Shown here in pieces: positions 18,940-26,776 of a DNA stretch of 35,357 nt. Positions within the stretch are counted from its first letter, which is position 1; every line of letters begins with the position of its first letter. The stretch comes from a virus (lineage: Duplodnaviria > Caudoviricetes). The stretch is taken from positions 1-35,357 of IMG/VR virus record IMGVR_UViG_3300050158_000041. The stretch is one strand, 5' to 3'. The position numbers and the translations under genes are program-made. Under the pieces are notes generated by a model. It was not told where the DNA came from. It worked only from the letters and a program-made list of their open reading frames with translations, and did not search any database.

Positions 18940-18951
18940 CGCTGACTGCTG

Positions 18952-18979
18952 TTTACGTTGAGTGAGTCTGTTGTATAGT
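18952..18979 (+). promoter_or_regulatory. Candidate sigma70 promoter for the H-NS-like gene
   Basis: TTTACG-N16-TATAGT upstream of the GGAGG RBS. No TAAATA directly in front of this gene. Confidence 0.45.
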
Positions 18980-19005
18980 CGCCGTGCCTTATTCGGAGGA
19001 ACAAC

Positions 19006-19356
19006 ATGGCAACTGCACCCGACATTACCAAGCTCTCGTATGCCGAACTCCAGAAGCTGCTCGCTGAGACGAATGCAGCGCTGACCAACAAGAAGGATGA
19101 GGAAATCAAGGTCCTCGTCAACGGCTGGAAGTTGAAGGCAGAGCAGGCAGGCTTCACAGTGGAAGAGGTGATCGCTGAGTTCACCAACTACCTGCCGCAA
19201 CGCAAGGCTCGCACGACTACCAGCAATGCAGCACCGGTGGTCAAGTACCGCGATCCGGCTACTGGCGATACTTGGTCAGGCAAGGGACGTACGGCTCGCT
19301 GGTTGCAAGCACACATCGATGCTGGCAGGAAGAAGGAAGACTTCTTCGTTGGCTGA
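19006..19356 (+). CDS. hns: H-NS family nucleoid-associated/silencing protein
   Basis: C-terminal KYRDP.TG.TWSGKGR...WL signature and an N-terminal coiled coil. Confidence 0.93.
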   Translation: MATAPDITKLSYAELQKLLAETNAALTNKKDEEIKVLVNGWKLKAEQAGFTVEEVIAEFTNYLPQRKARTTTSNAAPVVKYRDPATGDTWSGKGRTARWLQAHIDAGRKKEDFFVG

Positions 19357-19387
19357 GTCAAGACATAGCCAAACGATTTGGCAAAAG

Positions 19388-19413
19388 AAAAACCGCCCTA
19401 GAGGCGGTTTTTT
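19388..19413. terminator. Bidirectional intrinsic terminator
   Basis: AAAAACCGCC-CTAGA-GGCGGTTTTT between convergent genes. Confidence 0.85.
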
Positions 19414-19431
19414 CATGGGAGTTCACTCTTA

Positions 19432-19824
19432 TTAGTCCAAGGAAGTCCACGTGTTCGATACGATAAAGGCGATTTTGTCATTATCGATCCGGCAGCTTCC
19501 CACATTCGGTTTAGGCGTTAATTGGTCTTGTACTGAAGAAGGATCAATTTTCTTCTTGCCCGTAGATTTGTCCTCAATGTATTTCACAGTCATTGCGGCA
19601 TCCGTCACCCACAAACGAAATCCATTGGAATCACGAGCGAACAGCTTAGTCTTTACTTTGCTAGATGTTGACCAACGGGACGTGGCACGCGGGAGGCACT
19701 CGTTGATTAGTTCTGCTTCACGGTTGGTTAGGTTGACATCAGATCCGTCCGGGGTGTAATACTCGGGGCTACCGCCGCAAGCAACGAGGAAGAGGGGGAT
19801 GACGAGCGTGGTTAGTTTTTTCAT
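19432..19824 (-). CDS. Lipoprotein (paralog A)
   Basis: MKK + hydrophobic stretch + LVA-C lipobox. AGGAGG RBS. TAAATA at 19867-19872 (minus). Confidence 0.85.
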   Translation of the reverse strand: MKKLTTLVIPLFLVACGGSPEYYTPDGSDVNLTNREAELINECLPRATSRWSTSSKVKTKLFARDSNGFRLWVTDAAMTVKYIEDKSTGKKKIDPSSVQDQLTPKPNVGSCRIDNDKIAFIVSNTWTSLD

Positions 19825-19924
19825 GGTGCCTCCTGAGCGTGTTTGATAAGAGCATCCTATCGCTCTTATTTATGTCCAGCATCGAGAATTCCACGAAAAA
19901 TCAAAACAAGGCAACGGATTCGGG

Positions 19925-19951
19925 TAAAGAAAAACGGCCCGTAGGCCGCTT
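19925..19951 (-). terminator. Terminator after integrase
   Basis: Minus strand CGGCC-TACG-GGCCG followed by TTTTTCTTT. Confidence 0.75.
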
Positions 19952-19952
19952 G

Positions 19953-21080
19953 TCACTTGGTGTTCAGGTTGTCTAGCACTCCTGCTGCCTTCCTCGATAC
20001 GTCTGAAGGTACGAGGCTGGCATACACCATCGTCGTCTGAGGGTCGCTGTGTCCAAGCAGCTGCTGCACCTCAAACAGACTGACGCCGTTCTGCACAAGC
20101 TTGCTGGCGAACGTTGAACGCAGCTTGTGGAAGCGGATCTTCTTGCCGGTGATGCCAGCCCGCTCAACAGCCCTTTGAAACCACATGTTGTGATAGGGTC
20201 TGTGATCATTCCGCTCGTCATTCGGGAACACCCACTTCTCATGAGTCGGCTCAGCGGCACGGCTAGTCAAAATGGCCTTCACACGGTCAGTCATGAAGAT
20301 CGTGTGACGCTTACCGGTCTTCCACTGACGAACGAACATCACACCAGCTTGGAGGTTGACGTCCTTCCATTCCAGGTGCGTGATCTCGTGATAGCGGCCG
20401 CCTGAGTCGAGCAAGCACACAACGAAGTCGTACTGGTCCTGCAGACGCTGTTGGCGATGCTCAGGCCGCTTCTCGTAGCTTCCGTAGCCCTGAACGTCAC
20501 GCGTCGGGTCAAGAGAGGCGAGCAGCTTCTGTTCTTCGTCAGCGGTCAGGTAGACGGGTTCGCGCTTCTCCCGCTTGAACGACGGGAACTCCATCGCCTC
20601 ATCAACCATGTAGCCGAGGTTCTTGCAGTGCTTCCATGCACAGGCAACAGCCATCACGTGTTGCTTGATTGTTGCATCCGCATAGCCTTCCTTCTTGCGA
20701 GCTTGGACAAGACGATTGATGTCACTGCCGCGGAGGTGCTGAAGCTTCATGTCCGGATCAAGGCTGTACACGGAAACCTGCTTCTTCGTCTTGTTGTCGC
20801 GCTTGCTGCCGTAGAGGACAGGATTGCGAACACTCGTCAGAACCTTGTGGTAGGGAGTGCCTTCCTTCGATTCAAGATGAAGGTCGAACGCTTCTCCAAG
20901 AGTGATCTGTTCCAACTCCCGTCCAAGCGCGTCCTCCTTGACCAGTCGTTCGCGCTCTTTCGCTTCAACCTGACGAGCAATTGCCTTGTTCGTCGTCTTC
21001 GTGCTTTTGAATACCTTTTTGCCCTGGAACTGGAAGCTCATGTACCAGTAGTCCGAACCCTTGTGCTTAACGATCGTCAT
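19953..21080 (-). CDS. int: Tyrosine integrase
   Basis: Catalytic R (GGRYHE), K (KTG), HKLR, LLGHS and Y (TMVYA) are all present, with an N-terminal arm-binding-like domain. Confidence 0.97.
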   Translation of the reverse strand: MTIVKHKGSDYWYMSFQFQGKKVFKSTKTTNKAIARQVEAKERERLVKEDALGRELEQITLGEAFDLHLESKEGTPYHKVLTSVRNPVLYGSKRDNKTKKQVSVYSLDPDMKLQHLRGSDINRLVQARKKEGYADATIKQHVMAVACAWKHCKNLGYMVDEAMEFPSFKREKREPVYLTADEEQKLLASLDPTRDVQGYGSYEKRPEHRQQRLQDQYDFVVCLLDSGGRYHEITHLEWKDVNLQAGVMFVRQWKTGKRHTIFMTDRVKAILTSRAAEPTHEKWVFPNDERNDHRPYHNMWFQRAVERAGITGKKIRFHKLRSTFASKLVQNGVSLFEVQQLLGHSDPQTTMVYASLVPSDVSRKAAGVLDNLNTK

Positions 21081-21244
21081 TGTGTTTCCCCTTATGTGAT
21101 CTAGTTAACTTGATACCACTATCAGAGATTTCTAGATCAGAGGCAACGCTTTACCCTGCAAGAGACCGGCGAATTTTGGTGATCTTTCGGGCGGGGTGCA
21201 TAAATAAGTGTGGGCAAACAACCCAAACACTAAGGAGAACCACA

Positions 21245-21424
21245 ATGACTTTGATCGACCTATACACAATCGCACTGACCGTATCAACAGCTGGCGCCGT
21301 TGGCCTTATCTCTTACCTGATCTACAGCACAAAGCTAGAGAACAAACAAAAAGAGTTGATGCGTGTTAAAACCCAATTGAGTAAGGCACAGCTGCTCAAT
21401 CACTTCAACAGCACCAACGTATGA
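21245..21424 (+). CDS. Small membrane protein (59 aa)
   Basis: TAAGGAG RBS before ATG 21245, one TM helix. TAAATA at 21201. Confidence 0.7.
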   Translation: MTLIDLYTIALTVSTAGAVGLISYLIYSTKLENKQKELMRVKTQLSKAQLLNHFNSTNV

Positions 21425-21909
21425 TTAAAGACAGCCGAGTTGAATGCCCTACATGGACGTTCATGCCAAAAAAGAAGAAAGAAGCTCTAACGTGGGTTGA
21501 TACGGCAGCAATGCAAAAGCTGCTCGACAAGAAGCAGTACGCCACATTCGCAGACGTTCACTACACGCTGTCTTCCATGTACTCCGAAGGGATGCAACTC
21601 GGCGACGATTGGATTCAGTGCTTGCTGTATCCGTTCAAGCTGTGGGGTTCCGACGCAGTTACCAGACTAGATGAAATGAGGCAACAGCGCGACGAAGCTA
21701 TTACGACAAGCAAGTTCGTCAAGGCTACGGAGGTTGGCGTAATGGAGGGGGTAACAGGCGAGGATGCAGCTGAGCTAATCAAGAGCCGGGACTTCAATGT
21801 GCTGCGTGAATGCGTCAACGTCCTCAGAAGCGAGTTGATTGGTGAACTGGATGACGGGCAACAGGAGTTCTTAGACCTTGCTGAGCACTACCTTTTGAAC
21901 CGCCGTTGA
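21421..21909 (+). CDS. Hypothetical protein (162 aa)
   Basis: ATGA overlap with the upstream gene. No recognised motif. Confidence 0.75.
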   Translation: MIKDSRVECPTWTFMPKKKKEALTWVDTAAMQKLLDKKQYATFADVHYTLSSMYSEGMQLGDDWIQCLLYPFKLWGSDAVTRLDEMRQQRDEAITTSKFVKATEVGVMEGVTGEDAAELIKSRDFNVLRECVNVLRSELIGELDDGQQEFLDLAEHYLLNRR

Positions 21910-21976
21910 TCGAGTAGCATAAATAAAGACGGTTCATTCATAAACCAGCTCCTAGGCCTGACCGATTCAGGCAACC

Positions 21977-22004
21977 GAAACCGCCCTCTGTGGCGGTTTC
22001 GTCG
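21977..22004. terminator. Hairpin/likely terminator between convergent units
   Basis: CGAAACCGCC-CTCTGT-GGCGGTTTCG. Confidence 0.65.
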
Positions 22005-22005
22005 T

Positions 22006-22617
22006 TTATGGAAATACGCCTTCGGCCACACCCGTCCGAAGCTTCTCTGCTGCTTTCAAGTACCGACTGAACACAAGTTGCAGCTGCTTCCGGTCGTCAT
22101 CAAGCAAGGCATTCTTAGCCACTGGATGATTCTTTGCCAGCAGCTTCATCTTTTGCCACATCGGCTTGTCAGTTGCACCGTTCAGCGTCCATGCATCAAA
22201 GCAGAGGCTGAGGTACTCATTGTTGGGACGCCGCGCTAGCTTCCACTTCCCTTGTCGCTGGTTCCACTTCGGCCGGCCCGCTGCCCTAACGATTCCTAGC
22301 TCCTCACGCAGCTGGTCAACGTAGAACTGCACGCGCTTCGCTATGTCGTCGTCAGCAGCCTCAACGTCGATCACCAGTGCCAGATGGGTAGGTGCACGGA
22401 CGGATGAGCCTGGACGGGGCATCAGAGGCCCTTTGCGGCCACTCCACAGATGACGGTTCGCTTCAGCCCACTTCGCCGCATCACTGCCAGGAAGAGTCGC
22501 AAAGTCAGTCTGCATGTCACTGCTCCACGCCTCTACGGGAACAGTCTGCAGGTAGCGACACCACCAAATGATCGCTGTCCATTCGTTGTGCTGACCTATC
22601 AAGCTAATCCTCCCCAT
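22006..22617 (-). CDS. Hypothetical protein (203 aa), possibly a DNA-binding regulator
   Basis: Long ORF with a basic, helical C-terminal half. Function is inference only. Confidence 0.6.
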   Translation of the reverse strand: MGRISLIGQHNEWTAIIWWCRYLQTVPVEAWSSDMQTDFATLPGSDAAKWAEANRHLWSGRKGPLMPRPGSSVRAPTHLALVIDVEAADDDIAKRVQFYVDQLREELGIVRAAGRPKWNQRQGKWKLARRPNNEYLSLCFDAWTLNGATDKPMWQKMKLLAKNHPVAKNALLDDDRKQLQLVFSRYLKAAEKLRTGVAEGVFP

Positions 22618-22696
22618 TTGCTTGTCAGTTTACCTACCTAGCTGCGTTAGCCACCATTCCGCACGTGAGCGACTTTGCCACATACAAGGAGAAATT

Positions 22697-22966
22697 ATGT
22701 CGAACGGATTCATCCCAACCCGCTGTCTGATTGCGTACAAGGATACAACAACAGAGGAGCGTGTCATTGATTCGCTCAGAAGCCGTCACCTTCCCTTTAC
22801 GGTGGTTGCAAGCCGCCCGCAAGAGAGCTCGGTTACTGTGGTCTTGGGGATCTATGATGACGATGAGCCGGGTCACTGCGTCAATCTGCTCAACGAAGGC
22901 TGGAAACGTGACGGAGTTGAAGCGGGCATTGTGATGTACAGCGGCGTTTGGCGGGAAGACAGCTAA
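22697..22966 (+). CDS. Hypothetical protein (89 aa)
   Basis: AAGGAG RBS before ATG 22697. Confidence 0.65.
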   Translation: MSNGFIPTRCLIAYKDTTTEERVIDSLRSRHLPFTVVASRPQESSVTVVLGIYDDDEPGHCVNLLNEGWKRDGVEAGIVMYSGVWREDS

Positions 22967-23047
22967 AAATCTGCACAAAACTAGGCGCTCGTCATAAATA
23001 GGTAGTGGATGGCGTAAGGAACCGTCCACTACTTAAAGGAAAACACC

Positions 23048-23476
23048 ATGAACAAGAGCGCCTATTACGATTTTCTAGCTATCACCGTAACCGGTCTGAC
23101 TGCCGACTCTGTTAGCTACGTCCTCTCATTTGCATCAAGCAGCCGCACCTATCGCTGGTCTGCGTCAACTGGTTCAGACCGTATGGTGATTGCCCAGCTT
23201 GAGGTCGGCAACTCCTACAAGGTTCGTACCGCTGTCGATCAGTACGGCACCCAACACTGGACAAGCGCATCCCCAATGGAGCGTGTGCCAGGCCGTGAGC
23301 TAGATGTCAGCAAGAAGGCACGGAAGACGAAAGAGATTAGCCCACTCGTTGCTGAATTGCTCGACTTTGGCGCTGATCCTGCTGTACCCCCACCACAATT
23401 CCACGAAAACGCTGCTCACGAAATACTTGAAGCGATCCGCAAAGCAAAGAACGAGAAGATGCGTCACCCTAATTAA
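23048..23476 (+). CDS. Hypothetical protein (142 aa)
   Basis: TAAATA 22995, hairpin, AAGGA RBS, and a downstream terminator. Confidence 0.8.
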   Translation: MNKSAYYDFLAITVTGLTADSVSYVLSFASSSRTYRWSASTGSDRMVIAQLEVGNSYKVRTAVDQYGTQHWTSASPMERVPGRELDVSKKARKTKEISPLVAELLDFGADPAVPPPQFHENAAHEILEAIRKAKNEKMRHPN

Positions 23477-23506
23477 AAACAAAATCAATTGGGTAAAAGC
23501 ACAAAC

Positions 23507-23572
23507 AACCGGCCACTGAGCCGGTTTTTCTTTGGGCAAAAAAGAAGCCCGGGCAATTTCTCACCCGGGCTT
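23507..23572. terminator. Back-to-back terminators (plus 23507-23533; minus 23538-23572)
   Basis: AACCGGC-CACTGA-GCCGGTT+T tract on plus. AAGCCCGGG-N10-CCCGGGCTT+CTTTTTT on minus. Confidence 0.85.
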
Positions 23573-23617
23573 GTTCACACTTCTTGGAAAACACAATGAT
23601 TCAAGAAATAACGATAC

Positions 23618-24517
23618 TTAAGGAGTAGTACCGGCTGCACTTTGATCAGCAGCGGTATTTATGATAGTCGAATTTTCCTCAGACCCCAACAGCTTAGCCT
23701 TCTTGCGCTTCATGTATTCTTGCTGCAGTCGGCTCCTGTTCTTTTTCATTTCCTCTTCCGTCATCGGTACATGTGGAGACTTACCTTCACGAGCCAGCCT
23801 ACGCAAATAGACAGCCCGGTTGTATTCCTTCGACCTCTTCTTGGTTGGGCCTTTCCGTTCTACCGGCTCAGACGCCACAACTTCCGGTTCTACGTCGTTC
23901 CTTTGCTCAGCCAGCTTTTCTAGTGCCCTTCGGTTACGGGACTGGCGTGCTAGCTCCCTTGTCCGGGCTAGTTGCTCTTCAATCGTCCATGTCTTCAATG
24001 TGTTTGCTGGAAGACGAATCGTGGTGCTGGATTGAACTGGCGTCTTACCAGCATTGCTTCGTGGCTCAATGTCCCTCGTTGCGATCCCTTGAATGACATG
24101 CGTTGCCGTTGCACTGATGCCGCTTGCCAGGTCCCTCGTCAGCACACCGGAATAAACGAGCTCTGACAAATGAGCCCTTACCGCCTTCACCAGCTCGCGT
24201 AGGTCATTGCTGGTGATGAATGCCGTGTCCAAGCCGGGTATGCGAACAATGTACGTGTATGTGTCCGGGATGTAGGTGTTGGGTGCGTCGTCATTTGGAT
24301 TTGAGTTAGACCGGCCATGCTTCGTCCGCTGGTAGTAAGCCCGTTGGTATGCCGCCTGCCTTTCCTTGGTCCGCTCGTTGTACTCGCGGTTGTATTCCGC
24401 CTGCTTCTCTTTGTACTCGGCGGTCTTCCTGCGTTCAGCCCGCCGTGCCAAAAGCCGTTGCTTGTTCTTCTGGTAATAGGCCCGTTGCTTGGCTCGTTGT
24501 TCTTCTTGCGTTGTCAT
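23618..24517 (-). CDS. Highly basic protein with repeated R.Y...NKE-type helices; putative nucleic-acid binding
   Basis: 299 aa with repeats QRAYYQKNK / REYNERTKE / QRAYYQRTK. TAAATA at 24540-24545 (minus). Confidence 0.8.
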   Translation of the reverse strand: MTTQEEQRAKQRAYYQKNKQRLLARRAERRKTAEYKEKQAEYNREYNERTKERQAAYQRAYYQRTKHGRSNSNPNDDAPNTYIPDTYTYIVRIPGLDTAFITSNDLRELVKAVRAHLSELVYSGVLTRDLASGISATATHVIQGIATRDIEPRSNAGKTPVQSSTTIRLPANTLKTWTIEEQLARTRELARQSRNRRALEKLAEQRNDVEPEVVASEPVERKGPTKKRSKEYNRAVYLRRLAREGKSPHVPMTEEEMKKNRSRLQQEYMKRKKAKLLGSEENSTIINTAADQSAAGTTP

Positions 24518-25024
24518 ACATCACCTATGTCGTTCGATGTATTTAGCTGAGGCGAATACGGCGTATCTGATGTGGTTTGCCTCAATGAGGAAGCTGTGTT
24601 GAAAACGAAGTCGTGATGTGAATTCCGACGCAGGAGGAATGAACATGCACGGAATGCATTGAGTTGTGATAGATCCATTGAAGCGCTAAGTTGATTTCAT
24701 GAAGGAAACAAACACAAACACATCAATGACGAACGAAGTGAGGAGATTTGATGTGCTTCGTTGTTTTGCTCGCCAGAGCACTACATCTGCTGCCATTTCC
24801 TCCCTTTAAAGTACTCAGTGAAAACCTAATTCCTAGCGGGGACAACTTGTGAGTGGTCACGCCTGCGGCGAAACATCAGCAGATTCGCTTCCGCTTCGCG
24901 TCGCTAATCAGCAGATGTTTGGTGTTCTTACTAGTGGTTGACTAAAGACAAATCATCAAGTCCCTAGCCCGCGTTTTCGTAGCTGATTGGAAGTACCTCA
25001 CGGTTCACATAAGTGAACGATTTC

Positions 25025-25370
25025 AAAAAAGGAGCCATAACTCCCAAGGTGGTCAACTTTATGGGTGATCATCCCAAGGGCTCGTTAGATTGGCTCCACA
25101 ATCTCTGTTCCCACTCTGGCAGGAGAAGGGTATCACTGCCTGTCGTTTCTAGTTAGCCTGTTTGTTTCAGGTGATTTCATTCCTCAGTCTCAATTAGGAG
25201 AATAAGGTGGGGTGCAGATCAGGAAGCCGAGTTTGGACGTGGGCAAGAGTTAGAAAGCAGCGACATTGCATCGCATTTGTGATCTGCACCCCTGAAATCG
25301 AATCCTGGGAAATCACTGTACTTTGTAACTCTTCTTCTACGTTGGCGTCCACTCCAACGATCATCTCTGA
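25025..25370 (-). ncRNA. Candidate ~345-nt structured ncRNA
   Basis: TAAATA (25377-25382 minus) to a hairpin+T6. Contains 13-bp, 12/13-bp and 8-bp long-range stems. Confidence 0.55.
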
Positions 25371-25499
25371 TACTTCTATTTATGCTTGGGGAATGAAAGA
25401 GTGACAAAAACGCTGACGAGGACTAAAAAAGCTAATGAAATCAAGCAGTTAGCACAGTCGCGTCTGTTCCCATCTGTTCCGCAATTAGTGTAAAAGTTG

Positions 25500-25673
25500 T
25501 CAGGCGTCTTTGCTCTTGACGCGCCTGGGAGCTGCATCCACCACCTCTTTGGGCTTGATCACCGGCTTCCTCCACTTCTTACGCAGCCGCATCCTGCCCT
25601 TCGGAGCAATGTCGTGCCTCATTGTTTGGGTCAGATGGTGGTCGTGCTCGTTCGCTAAGTGTTTGTCCTTCAT
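25500..25673 (-). CDS. Small basic hypothetical protein (57 aa)
   Basis: GGAG RBS before ATG 25673 (MKDKHL...). Lies downstream of a structured leader. Confidence 0.45.
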   Translation of the reverse strand: MKDKHLANEHDHHLTQTMRHDIAPKGRMRLRKKWRKPVIKPKEVVDAAPRRVKSKDA

Positions 25674-26119
25674 CCTAGTCTCCAATTAAAAGGGGCCTGG
25701 ACCAAAATAGCCCAAGCCCCAGTTCCTCTCTGACTCCCCAGCCAGGAACAGGAAGTGAAGGCCAATCCCTCACATCCTGCACGTCTATTTAGTAGGGGAA
25801 CATAAACCCGGCCGCAACTTTGTCATTTAGCCGCCTGCAAATTCCCCTGCGAACATAAGCAACACAAATAGCAGAAGCAGCAAGTACAAGAGAAACAGCA
25901 ATTAGAGGAACAGCATCAGTAATAACAATAGACTAAAGCTAAGGGGAAGTACAAGAGGCAAAGAAGAAAGGGAAAAGCTAACGGGGAGGAAAGAACACAT
26001 CACGCCCACAATGTCTGACTCTCGTAAAGCAGTCCACCATTAGCAGCTGTGAGAAGTGAGTTAATCCTGGCCTGAGCTGAGTACATCCGGGCGCATTGCT
26101 TCCGTATTCATCTCACCAT

Positions 26120-26213
26120 TCAGCTGGCCATAAATTCACAAATCAGCTAGACACAGACAGAGCTACATCAGCTGGACATAAACTCACAAATCAGCCGTAC
26201 ATAAACTCATAGG
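26120..26213 (+). repeat. Four imperfect ~23-bp iteron-like direct repeats
   Basis: TCAGC..(A/C)CATAAA(C/T)TCACAAA units starting 26120, 26143 (degenerate), 26168 and 26191, followed by an AT-rich tract 26214-26253. Confidence 0.75.
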
Positions 26214-26776
26214 AATTTTTTTTTAGAAGGCAACAGGAAAATAAATTTATTTTGTGGGTATTTTCCCCCATGCCCATAAACACTATTCCACTGCCCATTC
26301 AACTGTTTTGCATTGACACGACAGTTACGCAGGCAGGGGACTTCACTAAACCTGTATGGACCACTGGGATTGTCGAATGCGCGGACAACCTAGGATGGAA
26401 TTTCAGGTTGCCTGTTGCTGCCTTCCCGGGGCTAGCAGGACAATAAAAGGTTTTGCCCCAATTAAATGTCCTACTAATTAGGGTGACTATCTGTTGACCT
26501 GGCAATAAGGCTCGTTCAGTCAACATTTATTTGAATGGCTGTCTCTCCGTAGGTACTCAGCTACAACTCATGCGCTTTTGTAGATAAACCCTAATTCCCC
26601 TGTAGTGATGCGCAGTTAGGGTAAGACTTCTGATTTATGCCCCGACTATTGATGCCGCTGCAAACCCACTATTCATGCGGGTGTTATGCGTTGTCTATCT
26701 AGCAGGGAGCACGGAGGATAGACGAGTGGGAAAGCGTGCCCGGTTAACAGCTTGGGGCTACTCGACTAAATAAGAA

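Noticed and set aside
19432-19824. Lipoproteins as o-spanins
   Set aside because: They are not Pro-rich, not nested in or adjacent to an i-spanin, and not in the lysis operon.
20451-21104. 217-aa plus-strand ORF and other long shadow ORFs (33124..33840, 13195..13686, 18723..19187)
   Set aside because: Antisense to well-supported genes, with no RBS or motifs. Explained by codon bias.
25827-26001. Type I toxin-like hydrophobic peptides on the minus strand
   Set aside because: The hydrophobicity follows from the T/C skew and there is no convincing RBS. Not excluded, but unsupported.
26120-26213. Possible mini-CRISPR array
   Set aside because: Units are abutting and degenerate with no unique spacers, and there are no cas genes.
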